From positions 124,001 through 188,000 of the forward strand of contig CDMY01000255.1 of the NCBI GenBank assembly GCA_001179505.1: a stretch of DNA of 64,000 bases, in the 5' to 3' direction. This DNA is from Vitrella brassicaformis CCMP3155 (lineage: Eukaryota > Protista > Chromerida). The position numbers and the translations under genes are program-made. Numbering within the stretch: the first letter of the stretch is position 1; each line of letters starts with the position of its first letter. Under the pieces are notes generated by a model. It did no database searches. It saw nothing but the letters and a program-made list of their open reading frames with translations, and was not told the origin of the DNA. Below are positions 21,951-32,408 of this stretch, one piece after another.

Positions 21951-23478
21951 AAGATCTGATGGCTGTGCTGACTGTGTGTGTATCTCTGACTGACCATGAC
22001 AATGCGCTCACCGCTGCCCGGCCTGCACTTAGTTATATCGACGGACGGACGGACGGAGACACACATACACAGCTAGTTGTGTGCAGGGATGGATGAGCAC
22101 GCCGGCACCCTCTCCATAGCACACAGACAGTGAGTGCATCCATCGACAAACAAAGGTGTTACGCCAAGCTCACGCACATCACACAGGAAGGGGCCACACA
22201 GACACACACTACGGGGAGGGAGGAAACCGCTGAGCTGACACACGAGGACAAACGGCCGACTAACCAAACAAACAAGATGCTGACTGATAGCATCCCACAG
22301 GCAGGCAGGCAGGCAGGCAGACATATACGTACCTGCACAGAGGCTAGACACACACACACACACACACAGGAAACGCCTGTCTGCCGCAGGAGTGAGGGGG
22401 GAGGGGAGCGCTGGCAAGAAAGAGCTGAGGAGATCAGCCACACGTGTGTGTGTGAGCATGATAGATATACGGCTGCTGCCGGGGAGTCGCGTCGTCCGCG
22501 ATGTCGACATCCCTGTGTGCGTGCGGCGCCAAAACCAATCGGCCCGACACACACCTGCTGCACGCGTATGTGCGGTGGCAGTGCGGGCGGCAAGCCCAAA
22601 ATCAGAACGACGCGGTGCTTGTACTTACACCTGCCTGCCACAGCAGCCAGTGGGTGGGAGCTCATGAATATGCCTCGACCTGCTAAAAGCCTACACAGCC
22701 ACACAGAGATGTGTGTGACGCACACACATCACATCACATCACATCTGTGTGCGACGGGTGCATCTCAGCTCAGCCACCAATAACACGAACATAAAGCCAT
22801 CAGACGGCTACAGGTTAGTCAGTGTCGTGTGGTGCGGTGTGTGCGTGCGGTGACAAGAAGGAAGACTGCGGACAAAAGATGCATGTGGTTGTGGCAGACT
22901 ATGTCAGCCAGTGCAGGTGGGTACAGGACACAAGTTGTGCGGCGGCACAAGACAAGCTGCCGATAGAACAGCGGCTGGCTGATGGGATGGATGGGCAGTC
23001 AGTGGTGGTGTCGCTGGAGGCTGGCTGGATAAATGCGGCCGACGACACAAACCGGCGGAGAGAGAAGTGCTTCTGCCGCAGCAGGAACCAGCTTCGTGTC
23101 GCGGCAGCAAGCGGCAGTCGGAGAAAGGCCTCTATATCTATATCAGGGACACAAAAACATGTGGTGTGTGCGGCGGGCCGCCAACACAGGAAGAGTCAGT
23201 CGGTGGGTGCAGTGCATGGGGGAGCAAGTCGAGTGAACCGCATCTATCGTGGACAAAAAATAGAACACGGAGTCAGTCAGTCAGTCAGTCAGTAAGTCAT
23301 ACAACGCATCGGAGAGCAAGAAGTAGAGAGCTGCGGCACACGCGACGGCAGGCGTTGACCACGCCGTCATACTGCAACGCTATCTCACTGAGCTGGCTAG
23401 ACACTGAAGGAACAAACAACACAGAGACACACCAAGGCAAGCACGTCTTGTCGGTCCGGTGTGCTGCAGTGTTGCCTA

Positions 23479-23943
23479 GCTGCCTGTCTTACCATCGTCA
23501 TGCAGCTCAATCAGTTGGTCCAGTGCATCCTTCTCCCGTTTGGTCATCCCCTCCACTTCACAGCAGCCCCGACTCGCGCTCGCCCTCCCGCGCCTCGCTG
23601 CCCCTGTTGTGTTGGACGGGGCGCCGAACGACACCACACTGCCACTGCACCGCAGGGACTCGGACACCTCCCTCCGGCAGGGCGGCCTGGGGCGGAGGGG
23701 TGTGGTTGGTCTGGGTGAGGATGGCCAGGGGGGTTGGCATGGTGGGTGAGTGCGATGCCATCGAGCTGGAGGGGAATCTTGAGCGGCAGTAGGATCTGGC
23801 TGCACAGGATGCCTGGCTTGTACGTCAGCCGGCGGACGGTGATTGACAGGTTCTGCACCGCACGACAGGCACAGGTCACCATTCGTTCGTGCGGTGTGCA
23901 GTGAGCGTCTCTGGCTGCCTGTCTTACCATAGTCATGCAGCTC
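23479..23943 (-). repeat. Two copies of a 30-bp exon-end/splice-donor segment 435 bp apart
   Basis: gctgcctgtcttaccatcgtcatgcagctc (23479-23508) versus gctgcctgtcttaccatagtcatgcagctc (23914-23943). On the minus strand both read LIELHD[D/Y] followed by a gtaagac donor. Confidence 0.8.
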
Positions 23944-24170
23944 GATGAGATCTTGTGCGCCAATTTGTTGGGGACGGGAGCTGACGTGTGGACACGCGTG
24001 GACATGCGGGGCCTTCAGGGCCTTAGCCACTGGGGGGCTGACTGTCCGTCAGCCCCGCCCACCGATTTGTGGCTGCCTTTCCACGCCACTGCTCCTTTAA
24101 GAGCTGCGGCGCTTCCAGGCGGCCATCGGTGGGCCTCTCGTCAGCTCCCTCCCTCCTTGCTGCTGCTGCA

Positions 24171-24470
24171 NNNNNNNNNNNNNNNNNNNNNNNNNNNNNN
24201 NNNNNNNNNNNNNNNNNNNNNNNNNNNNNNNNNNNNNNNNNNNNNNNNNNNNNNNNNNNNNNNNNNNNNNNNNNNNNNNNNNNNNNNNNNNNNNNNNNNN
24301 NNNNNNNNNNNNNNNNNNNNNNNNNNNNNNNNNNNNNNNNNNNNNNNNNNNNNNNNNNNNNNNNNNNNNNNNNNNNNNNNNNNNNNNNNNNNNNNNNNNN
24401 NNNNNNNNNNNNNNNNNNNNNNNNNNNNNNNNNNNNNNNNNNNNNNNNNNNNNNNNNNNNNNNNNNNNNN
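24171..24470. other. Scaffold gap (300 N)
   Basis: Run of N. Confidence 0.99.
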
Positions 24471-24697
24471 CGTCGGTGTCACCAGCACCGTCGTGTGTGG
24501 TGTGTGCGTACTTCGCGAGCTGGTCGCTTGATGGCCGTCCTGGGAGTGCGCGAGAGTCGGGCGCTGGCTGGCGGGGGGGATGGCAGCTTGAGCAGCCGGA
24601 TGAAGCCCGCAGTGGGCACGTCACGCCTGCACACACACAACAAGGAACCAGACAACCGATAAGCACTTATCCCCTCTCCCCTTATGTGTCTCCATCC

Positions 24698-25290
24698 TTA
24701 CCAGGCAGATTCGAACGCTTTCATTAGGTTAGTCGTCATGATAAGGAGCCGTGAGGCCGAGTGGAGCACCTGCAGGTTCTCCTTGGTGATCTTAGTCTCC
24801 TTCTTGTCGTCTCTCGCGCCGCCGCCCGTCGTCTCGGGGCCGCCGTTGCCGCCCTCGGTGGGTGCAGTGGCTTTGGGAGGCGGTCGGGGGAGGGCGATGT
24901 CGGAGGGCTCCTCCTCAGCGCACCACTCTAGGGCGCGGGCAGGCCCCGACCACGCCGCCATACTCAACGTCATCTCACTGAGCTGGCCAGAAGCTGAAGG
25001 TGGTGCGTGTGCGGGGCGAGAGGGGCGACACAAAGGGGAACCACTCAGACAACACTGAAGCAGACGACGGAAGGTTTAGCAATGTCAGGTGTTGTCGAGA
25101 GTGTGGGGGTGTCCAGGTGACGTACCTTCTTGTGAGAGTTGGCTTTGGTGCTCGCCTCCTCCTGCTGCTGCTCCTCCTCCTGCTTGGTCTCCTTTGCTCA
25201 CCCCTCGTCCTTATCAGATTGCCCCTGCCCCTCCGGCCGCTCCTTGTCGCCACTGCCGTCCGCCGTGTGGTCAGCGGCCCCTCAACCATC
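24698..25290 (-). CDS. Hypothetical low-complexity protein fragment, possibly a pseudogene
   Basis: Exon-like frame ..EMTLSMAAWSGPARALEWCAEEEPSDIAL..DDKKETKITKENLQVLHSASRLLIMTTNLMKAFESAW ends at a gtaagg donor. An upstream acidic frame is interrupted by two TGA codons. Confidence 0.35.
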
Positions 25291-25751
25291 CGCCACAGAC
25301 ACCCTCCCTCTCTCTCTCTCTCTCTCTTTGGATGGCCATAGACAAAACACCACAGCAGCACAACAGCACAGCGCTCCCAAGCCCGACTCGATCAACTTCC
25401 CTCCCTCCATCGTATGCAGAGTGAAAATCCACCAAGCCCCCCAGCAAGAACATCCATCCGTCAGTACACGTAGCAAAAGGCAGGGAAAGAGAGAGCCAGG
25501 AGGGCCGCTGGCATAACGGAAAGACAGACAGCCGAGGGGAGGGGAGGGGAGGTCAGAAAGCATAGTGGCTGTGGGCGAGGGACACCACGAAAGAAAAGAA
25601 ATGAAGGAACAAAAGAAAAAAAGTCGCTTTGTCGGGCTGTCTGGATCTCTCTACGAAAAACACAAGAGGACGAAAAAGAAAACAAATGTCGGCCGCCAAA
25701 ACAAAACACAACAAACACGGGCGACCGACGCACAACAGAAAAAAAAGTCAG

Positions 25752-26508
25752 TCAGTGGGAGCGCTCGGGAGCGCCCCACCAGATCGAATAAACCCCCCAC
25801 ACCATTCTCATCCACCAGTCCTGCCGCGCCGACCTCACCCACCAGGTGTTGCCCTCCCCGCGCTCCCACAGCATGACGCCGTTGACGTCGTCCTCGTACC
25901 AGCCCTCCTCCGCCTCCCCCTCCACTCCAGCGAGGCCGGTCAACTCGACCTGGGTGGCCATGAACGGCTGGAACTGGAGCTTCGGGGGGGCGGGAGGGGA
26001 GGGGGGCAGGTAGTAGTGGTGCTGTGGGTGGGGGAGGGGCGGGGCGCAGGTGGTGGGCGGGTTGGTCGGGGCCTGATCGAGCTCCTCGTCCGACCAGTTC
26101 TCCGCCACCTGTTCAGCACACAGCACAGCACAGCCCAGAGATGAGTGTCGGCGTATGTGTCTGAGGTGCGTGATGAGTGTGTTTCATGGCGTTGCGCGTG
26201 CGTCGCAGACTCACATCAAACATGTGGCGGAGCGCGTGAAGGAGCTGATCCTGGTCCTGGGCATCGTGCCATCTATGGAACTCCTGCAGAAAAGCACACA
26301 GAAGCCATCGGAAACACTCCTGGGTCCATTGGCTCCAGGTTTGCTGATGCAAGCGTCGAAGGCGTGAGCTGCCTTGCATTGGCATGGCCGCACTCCCCGC
26401 CCTTTCACTCACCTCGGGGTGGTGGTCCCACAGCGCAGCGACCTTGTCGCACCACTCCAACACGTTATCCCTACTCAAGTTGGGGAACTCTGGGGGGGCG
26501 GCAGGCAT
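25752..26508 (-). CDS. Unknown 3-exon protein, array copy 1 (helical N-terminus, Pro-rich linker, Trp-rich C-terminus)
   Basis: MPAAPPEFPNLSRDNVLEWCDKVAALWDHHPE|EFHRWHDAQDQDQLLHALRHM..|..QHHYYLPPSPPAPPKLQFQPFMATQVELTGLAGVEGEAEEGWYEDDVNGVMLWERGEGNTWWVRSARQDWWMRMVWGVYSIWWGAPERSH*; canonical gtgagt donors. Confidence 0.7.
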
Positions 26509-27195
26509 CTTCTTCACAGCGGCGGCGCCTTCTCCTTCCTGAAAGGCTCTCTGCGAGCTTGAGCTCGCAATTTTCCTAGCCGCCGGAAGCTTCCTCCAGG
26601 CTGGGCGCCTGTCCATCATTTCGACCTTATCGGTTTGGTTTGGGCCGACTGTGCGCAGGAGTTGTGCATTGCAGAGCCATTGCGTTGAAGCTATCGTGTA
26701 TACAGGCTCTGCGCGTCGCACCACTGCACCGCCAGCCATCCATCAGATCAGTCAGTTCCCTCCCTCCCCTATGCACAACTGCAGCACACATGAAGAACAC
26801 TCACACAGTCAACCCATTCTTCTCCCACACACACGTCTACTCGCGGCCTGCCTGACCTGTCAGCCGCCCGCACACCTAACTGAAAACTGGCGGAGGGCGG
26901 CCTCTCTGACATCCGCACAGGCAGACACAACGAACCTCACAAAAAGCCAGCCAGGCGGGAAAGAGCCTCCCTCCCCAGCCACACACACACACACATGCGG
27001 CCCCCTCAATGCATGAGTCAGACAGAAAGGCGGGCAGGCACGGACGGGCCAGGGATTCGTTGCAAACATTCATTCCGACATACCTACCTTGCGACACGTC
27101 GACAAACACAACACGACGAAAAAGAAAGGATATCGGCCACCACAACAAAACACCACAAACAGGGACGACCGACGCACAACAGAAAAAAAAGTCAG

Positions 27196-28032
27196 TCAGT
27201 GGGAGCGCTCGGGAGCGCCCCACCAGATCGAATAAACCCCCCACACCATTCTCATCCACCAGTCCTGCCGCGCCGACCTCACCCACCAGGTGTTGCCCTC
27301 CCCGCGCTCCCACAGCATGACGCCGTTGACGTCGTCCTCGTACCAGCCCTCCTCCGCCTCCCCCTCCACTCCAGCGAGGCCGGTCAACTCGACCTGGGTG
27401 GCCATGAACGGCTGGAACTGGAGCTTCGGGGGGGCGGGAGGGGAGGGGGGCAGGTAGTAGTGGTGCTGTGGGTGGGGGAGTGGCGGGGCGTAGGTGGTGG
27501 GCGGGTTGGCTGCGCGGGCGGCCACTGGCGGCTCCTGGGCCTGGGCCGCGGTGGTGGTGGTGGCCTCGTTGGTGGCGGGTGCGGCCTCGTTGGCCTCTCG
27601 GGCCTTCTGCTCGTCCAGCAGGTCCGCCAGCTGGCCAATACACACAGCACAGCACAGAGATGAGACCGACATGCGTGTTTGTGCAGACGACGTTGCTGTA
27701 TGGTGGTAGGTGGATGAGCACGTGTGTGTCGCAGACTCACCGCCCACATGCGCGAACATGCCTCAATGAACTCGCCCACGCGGTGTGGCCAGTGGGACTC
27801 CCTCCATCTCTCAAACTCCTGCAGAAACACACAGAAGGCCACACTCGGGTCAAGCTCCATTGGTGCGCCGATACAAGCGTGCATGGGGTGAACTGCTCTG
27901 CATTGGCATGTCTGTGCTCCCTGCCTTTTCACTCACCTCCGGGTGGTCCATCTGCAGCCGGCCGTACTTCAAGGACCACTCATAAGGGTCATCTCTAGCC
28001 AGGTTGGGGTAGGCGGACGCGGGGACGGGCAT
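27196..28032 (-). CDS. Unknown 3-exon protein, array copy 2
   Basis: MPVPASAYPNLARDDPYEWSLKYGRLQMDHPE|EFERWRESHWPHRVGEFIEACSRM..|..QLADLLDEQKAREANEAA..; C-terminal Trp-rich domain identical to copy 1. Confidence 0.7.
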
Positions 28033-28719
28033 TCTCTCAGCTCCTCTCTCGACTTGAAACAGCACACGGGGGCTCCTCTGCTTTCTCTCCCAAAGCGAGC
28101 TTGAGGGCTCAAGCTCGCAATTTTTCTGGCCGCCGAAGCTGCCCGTCATTTCGGGCCCGTCCGTTTGGTTTGGGCTGACTGTGCGCAGGAGTTGTGCATT
28201 GCAGAGCCATTGCGTTGAAGCTGTCTGCAGACTCTGCGCGTCGCACCGCTGCACCGCCAGCCATCCAGCCATCCAGCCAGCAGATCAGGCAGTTCCCTCC
28301 CTCCCCTATGCACAACAGCAGCACACATGAAGAACACTCACACAGTCAACCCATTCTTCTCCCCCACACACGTCTACTCCCGGCCTGCCTGACCCGTCAG
28401 CCGCAGGGCGTAGGTCTGCCTGTGACATCCACACAGGCAGACACAACGAACCTCACAAAAAGCCAGCCAGGCGGAAAGAACCTCCCTCCCCAGCCACACA
28501 CACACACACACATGCTGACCCCTCGATGAATGAGTCAGACAGACAGGCAGGCACCCGGACGGGCCAGGGATTCGTTGCAAACAGAGGGCCGGATGCACTC
28601 ATTCCGACATACCTACCTTGCGGCACGTCGACAAACACAACACGACGAAAAAGAAAGGATGTCGGCCACCACAACAAAACACTACAGGGACGACCGACGC
28701 ACAACAAAGAAAAAGTCAG

Positions 28720-29517
28720 TCAGTGGGAGCGCTCGGGGGCGCCCCACCAGATGGAATAAACCCCCCACACCATCCTCATCCACCAGTTTTGCCGCGCCGA
28801 CCTCACCCACCAGGTGTTGCCCTCCCCGCGCTCCCACAGCATCATGCCGTTGACGTCGTCCTCGTACCACCCCTCCTCCGCCTCCCCCTCCACTCCAGCG
28901 AGGCCGGTCAACTCGACCTGGGTGGCCATGAACGGCTGGAACTGGAGCTTCGGGGGGGCGGGAGGGAAGGGGCGCGTGTAGTGGTAGTAGTGGTGCTGTG
29001 AGGCGGGTAGGGTGGGGGAGTAGGTGATGGGTGGGTTGGCCGGAACTGGCGGGGCCTGGCCGGTGGTGCTGGCGGCCTCGTTGGCCTCTCGGGCTTCGAG
29101 CTGCTCCATCATCTGCCCAGCACACAGCACAGCACAGAGATGAGACCCACATGTGTGTTTGTGCAGACGGAGCTGTATGGTGGTGGGTGGACGAGAAAGG
29201 GTGTGTCGCAGACTCACCGCCCACATGCCCCGCGCCGCCGTTTCCAACTCGTCCATGGACAGGCCATCCCTCCACCTCTCGAACTCCTGCACAGAAACAC
29301 ACACACAGAAAGCCACCGGTCCGGAACACACGCACCAAGCTCCATTGGTGTGGCGGTGCAAGTGTGCATGGCGTGAGCTGCCTTGCATTGGCATGTCTGC
29401 CCTCCCCGCCCTTTCACTCACCGCAGGGTGGTCCATCTCCAGCCGGCGGTACTTCACAGACCACTAGTGCGGGTCGTCCCTACTCAGGTCGGGAAAACCC
29501 TCCGCGGCAATGGCCAT
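28720..29517 (-). pseudogene. Array copy 3 with a premature TAG at codon 18
   Basis: MAIAAEGFPDLSRDDPH*WSVKYRRLEMDHPA: TAG at 29466-29464 where copy 2 has GAG (TAT GAG TGG versus CAC TAG TGG). The remaining exons are intact. Confidence 0.65.
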
Positions 29518-29978
29518 CTTCTAAACGACAGCAGCGACGTGATTCTCCGCACAGACACACAGCACCGCCGTGCCGCTTTCTTCTGTTGCGAGCTTGGAGC
29601 TCGCAATTTTCTCCTGGCCAAGGCCTCAGGCTCTCATTCTCGCGGGGTGATGGTTCTATTGGCTTGGTTTGGGCTGAGTGTAAGCAGAAGTTTTGCATTG
29701 CAGAGCCACTGCAGCGGTGCGCCATTCTCTGCAGACTCTGCGCACCGTTGTACAGCACTGCCAGTCTGCAGCATCCATCAGATCTGTCAGTTCCCTCCCT
29801 CCCCTATGCACACCGACACGCACTCAGACACTCAGACACTCAGACTGTCAGCCCGTTGGTGTCCTTCCGCTACCTCCCTCCCCACACACACGTCTACTCC
29901 CGGCCCGGCCCGCTGCCTGACCTGTCAGCCGCCCGCACACCTGAATGCAATATGTAGTGTACACCCCTGCCTGTCTGT

Positions 29979-32400
29979 CTATCGGCCTGTTCCTCTCCCG
30001 TGCGGCTGCGGTGGCCCTGGTGGGGCCCCTCCGGGCCGCTGGGGATGCAGCGGGGGTCTGTAGGCAACGCCAGCCGGAGGAAATGGGAGCATGGGGGGTG
30101 GCGGGGGATGATGTGACGGCGATGGTCCGGATGGAGGTGCAGGCGGCCGGGAAGGGGGCGGATAGTGCACGTGTGGAGCCGCAGCGCCGCCAGGGTTGAG
30201 TGGAGGGGGGCCGCCATAGAGTGATGAGGGGCGGTGGGACGCCATCATGGCGGCAGGAGGGCCGGGGGGATGGACCATCGGCAGCATCGACGTGGCAGGG
30301 CTGGCGAAGGGGGGCGCCGCAGCAGAGATGACAGACGAGGAGGCGACCTGACAACAAAAACACACAGAGATCATCACGCCTTAGTCGTGTGGATGTCTTT
30401 TTCTCGGCTGTGCCCACCGCAGGAGCACTTGGCCTGGCTGTGCCGTCGAGCGCTGACCGGGGAACCGCCGCTGCAGCAGCAGAACCACCAGCGACCTGAC
30501 CGCCATACATACAGAGAACCGGCCCGTCTTTGATGCTTGCTAGCACTGAACACATGTAGACATCAATACCTGCTGTGGATTTTGAGGAAGGTCCTTCTGC
30601 GCCATCCACGCCATCAAATCCTTCGTCATCGCCCTCAGATACCCGCTCGCCCCCAGCTGTCCCTGCGTCTCACCAGGGGTCGCTGTCAGACGCAGCTGCC
30701 CCCCCGACCTCTCGGGACCTCTCTGAGTCCACCATTCCCCTCATCATCCCGCTGCCGAGGGCTGGGTGGCCTCGCACTGAAGCAGCAGCTGCCGCTGGCT
30801 CGCCAAATGAGGCGAGAGGGGCTTCGTGGGCCGGGAGGAGGTGCATGGGATGGGCATTCGACGGGAGGGGCGACGACCGATTGCCCACGGCAGCCGATGG
30901 CGCCAATGGGGGTGCCATCTCGGAGAGTGTCGCGTCAATGGGCGACATGATGGGGGCTGTAGGAAAACCCTCCACTGCCTGCATATCGACAGACGGACAT
31001 ACAAACAGATGTGCGTGTGGATCGTCGGCTGTCTATTGCCCCGTGTCTCTGATGTGTATGCTGTGTACCTGCTGCCCGTCGGCAGACAATGATGCACCGT
31101 CGGCTACGGGTGCTCCTGGAAACGCGAACAGCTGCATTTGAGCATCACACACATGCAAGGGAGGCGACCGCATTGGTCCGAGCATTGTTGTTCTTTCGTT
31201 CGGTCTTTTGGTATGTACCGGGGCCGCTTGAGCACACGGCGGTGCAGCAACGTCGCCATCATCAGCACCAACACCAAAGCCGGAAGGCCCCCACTCCACC
31301 CTATACATGTTGCCCGCCAGCCAGTGCTGGTCGCCAACACCAACACCACCACTGAGCTGCCCCGCCCCCACAGCCGCTGATGCCTCGCTGGCGGCGTCCA
31401 GGCGATGGCTCGGGAAGGCCCATGGCGAGGCCACCTGCGTGTGGAAAGGGCAGATAGATGTGTGTGTGTCAAGTCCCCTCTCCTTTGTCTGTCTCTGGGA
31501 ATGTCCACCTGCTGCTGGTCAGCCTCTGCCGCACCGTTGGTGATGGGAAACGGAAAGGGCATCTGCATGACCAACATAGCGGGAAGTGCCACATGTCTCC
31601 TGCCATGTGTGTGTTGCAGGTTTGTCTGCAAGGTACCGGGGGCATGTGCGCGTGTGAGGGCACGGCCTCGTCAACTGCTGGCGGAGCGAAGACCGAGTCA
31701 CCCGACCAACCACCACCACTAGAAGCATGAGCAGCGGCGGGTGCAGAGGGGTCGAGCAAGGCAGACGGCGACACAGACGGCTCGGTGGGCGGCTGTGGTG
31801 GCGAGGCACTGGCGGGGGGACGAGTCGACAGAGCTGAAGGAGCAGCCTGCAGGCATACCCAAGCGACAGCGGGGCACATACACGGAGACGAGTGCACATA
31901 CAGACGGATTGTCGGCCGCCCATGGCCCCCTGCCTCTTGTGTGGTGTGCATCTTTGTACGTGCCTGCTGTTGTCCATCCTCGTGTGTGGCTCCTGACGGA
32001 GTTGCCGACCGGTCGGCTGCAGCCAGTGTGGAAGTGTCAGCCACCTGCATGTGAGACCATCAACAGCATACGAGCAAAACGCACAAATGAGCAACCGTTC
32101 CCCATCCATGAGCATCGACAATGAGTACCTGAGGCACTGGTCCGCTGGGTGGCGCGGCCCCGTGAGCGCCAGCAACACCACGCCCAGCAGCGACACCGTC
32201 ACGCACCTCTCCCGCCGCATCTTCGACTTCCTCACTGGCGACAGGTGGGTGGCTAGGGGGCTGGTGTAGTGGGGGAGGGGGGGGGCCACGACTACTCGAC
32301 GACGGGGAAGCAGCCTGCATGCAAACATGGCAAACAAATACCAACCAACACATGTGTGTGTATCCCCGTGTGTCCCGTTGTCCTTCCCTCCTCCTTGGCC
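29979..32400 (-). CDS. Ala/Pro-rich multi-exon region, probably the 3' part of the kinase-N-lobe gene; inverted paralogue of 42.6-43.8 kb
   Basis: Exons ..EEVEDAAGEVRDGVAAGRGVAGAHG..VPQ|, ..APSALSTRPPASASPPQPPTEPS.. and ..MLPMVHPPGPPAAMMASHRPSSLYGGPPPLNPGGAAAPHVHYPPPSRPP.. match the plus-strand 42.9-43.0 kb and 43.5-43.76 kb sequence in reverse complement. Confidence 0.45.
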
Positions 32401-32408
32401 CGACCTCA

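Larger units (their letters stand above)
25620..29945 (-). repeat. Tandem array of three ~1.45-1.55 kb gene-containing units
   Basis: Equivalent stop codons at 25752, 27196 and 28720 (offsets 1444 and 1524). Shared landmarks include gtcagtcagtgggagcgctcggg, gtgcattgcagagcca and cacacacgtctactc in each unit. Confidence 0.95.

Noticed and set aside
21560-23400. Numerous Cys/Val/His/Thr-rich ORFs in microsatellite-rich DNA (also 37-39.5, 54.2-55.4 and 57.9-59.2 kb)
   Set aside because: Translations of (GT)n/(CA)n/(GACA)n tracts rather than real proteins.
26509-26739. Upstream in-frame ATG extensions of array copies 1 and 2
   Set aside because: The conserved DNA (aattgcgagct) is read in different frames in the two copies, so it is promoter or UTR rather than coding.
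25620-29945. CRISPR-like or LTR-retrotransposon interpretation of the repeats
   Set aside because: The units are 1.5 kb intron-containing gene copies. There is no short repeat-spacer pattern and no RT, integrase, PBS or TG..CA LTR pair.
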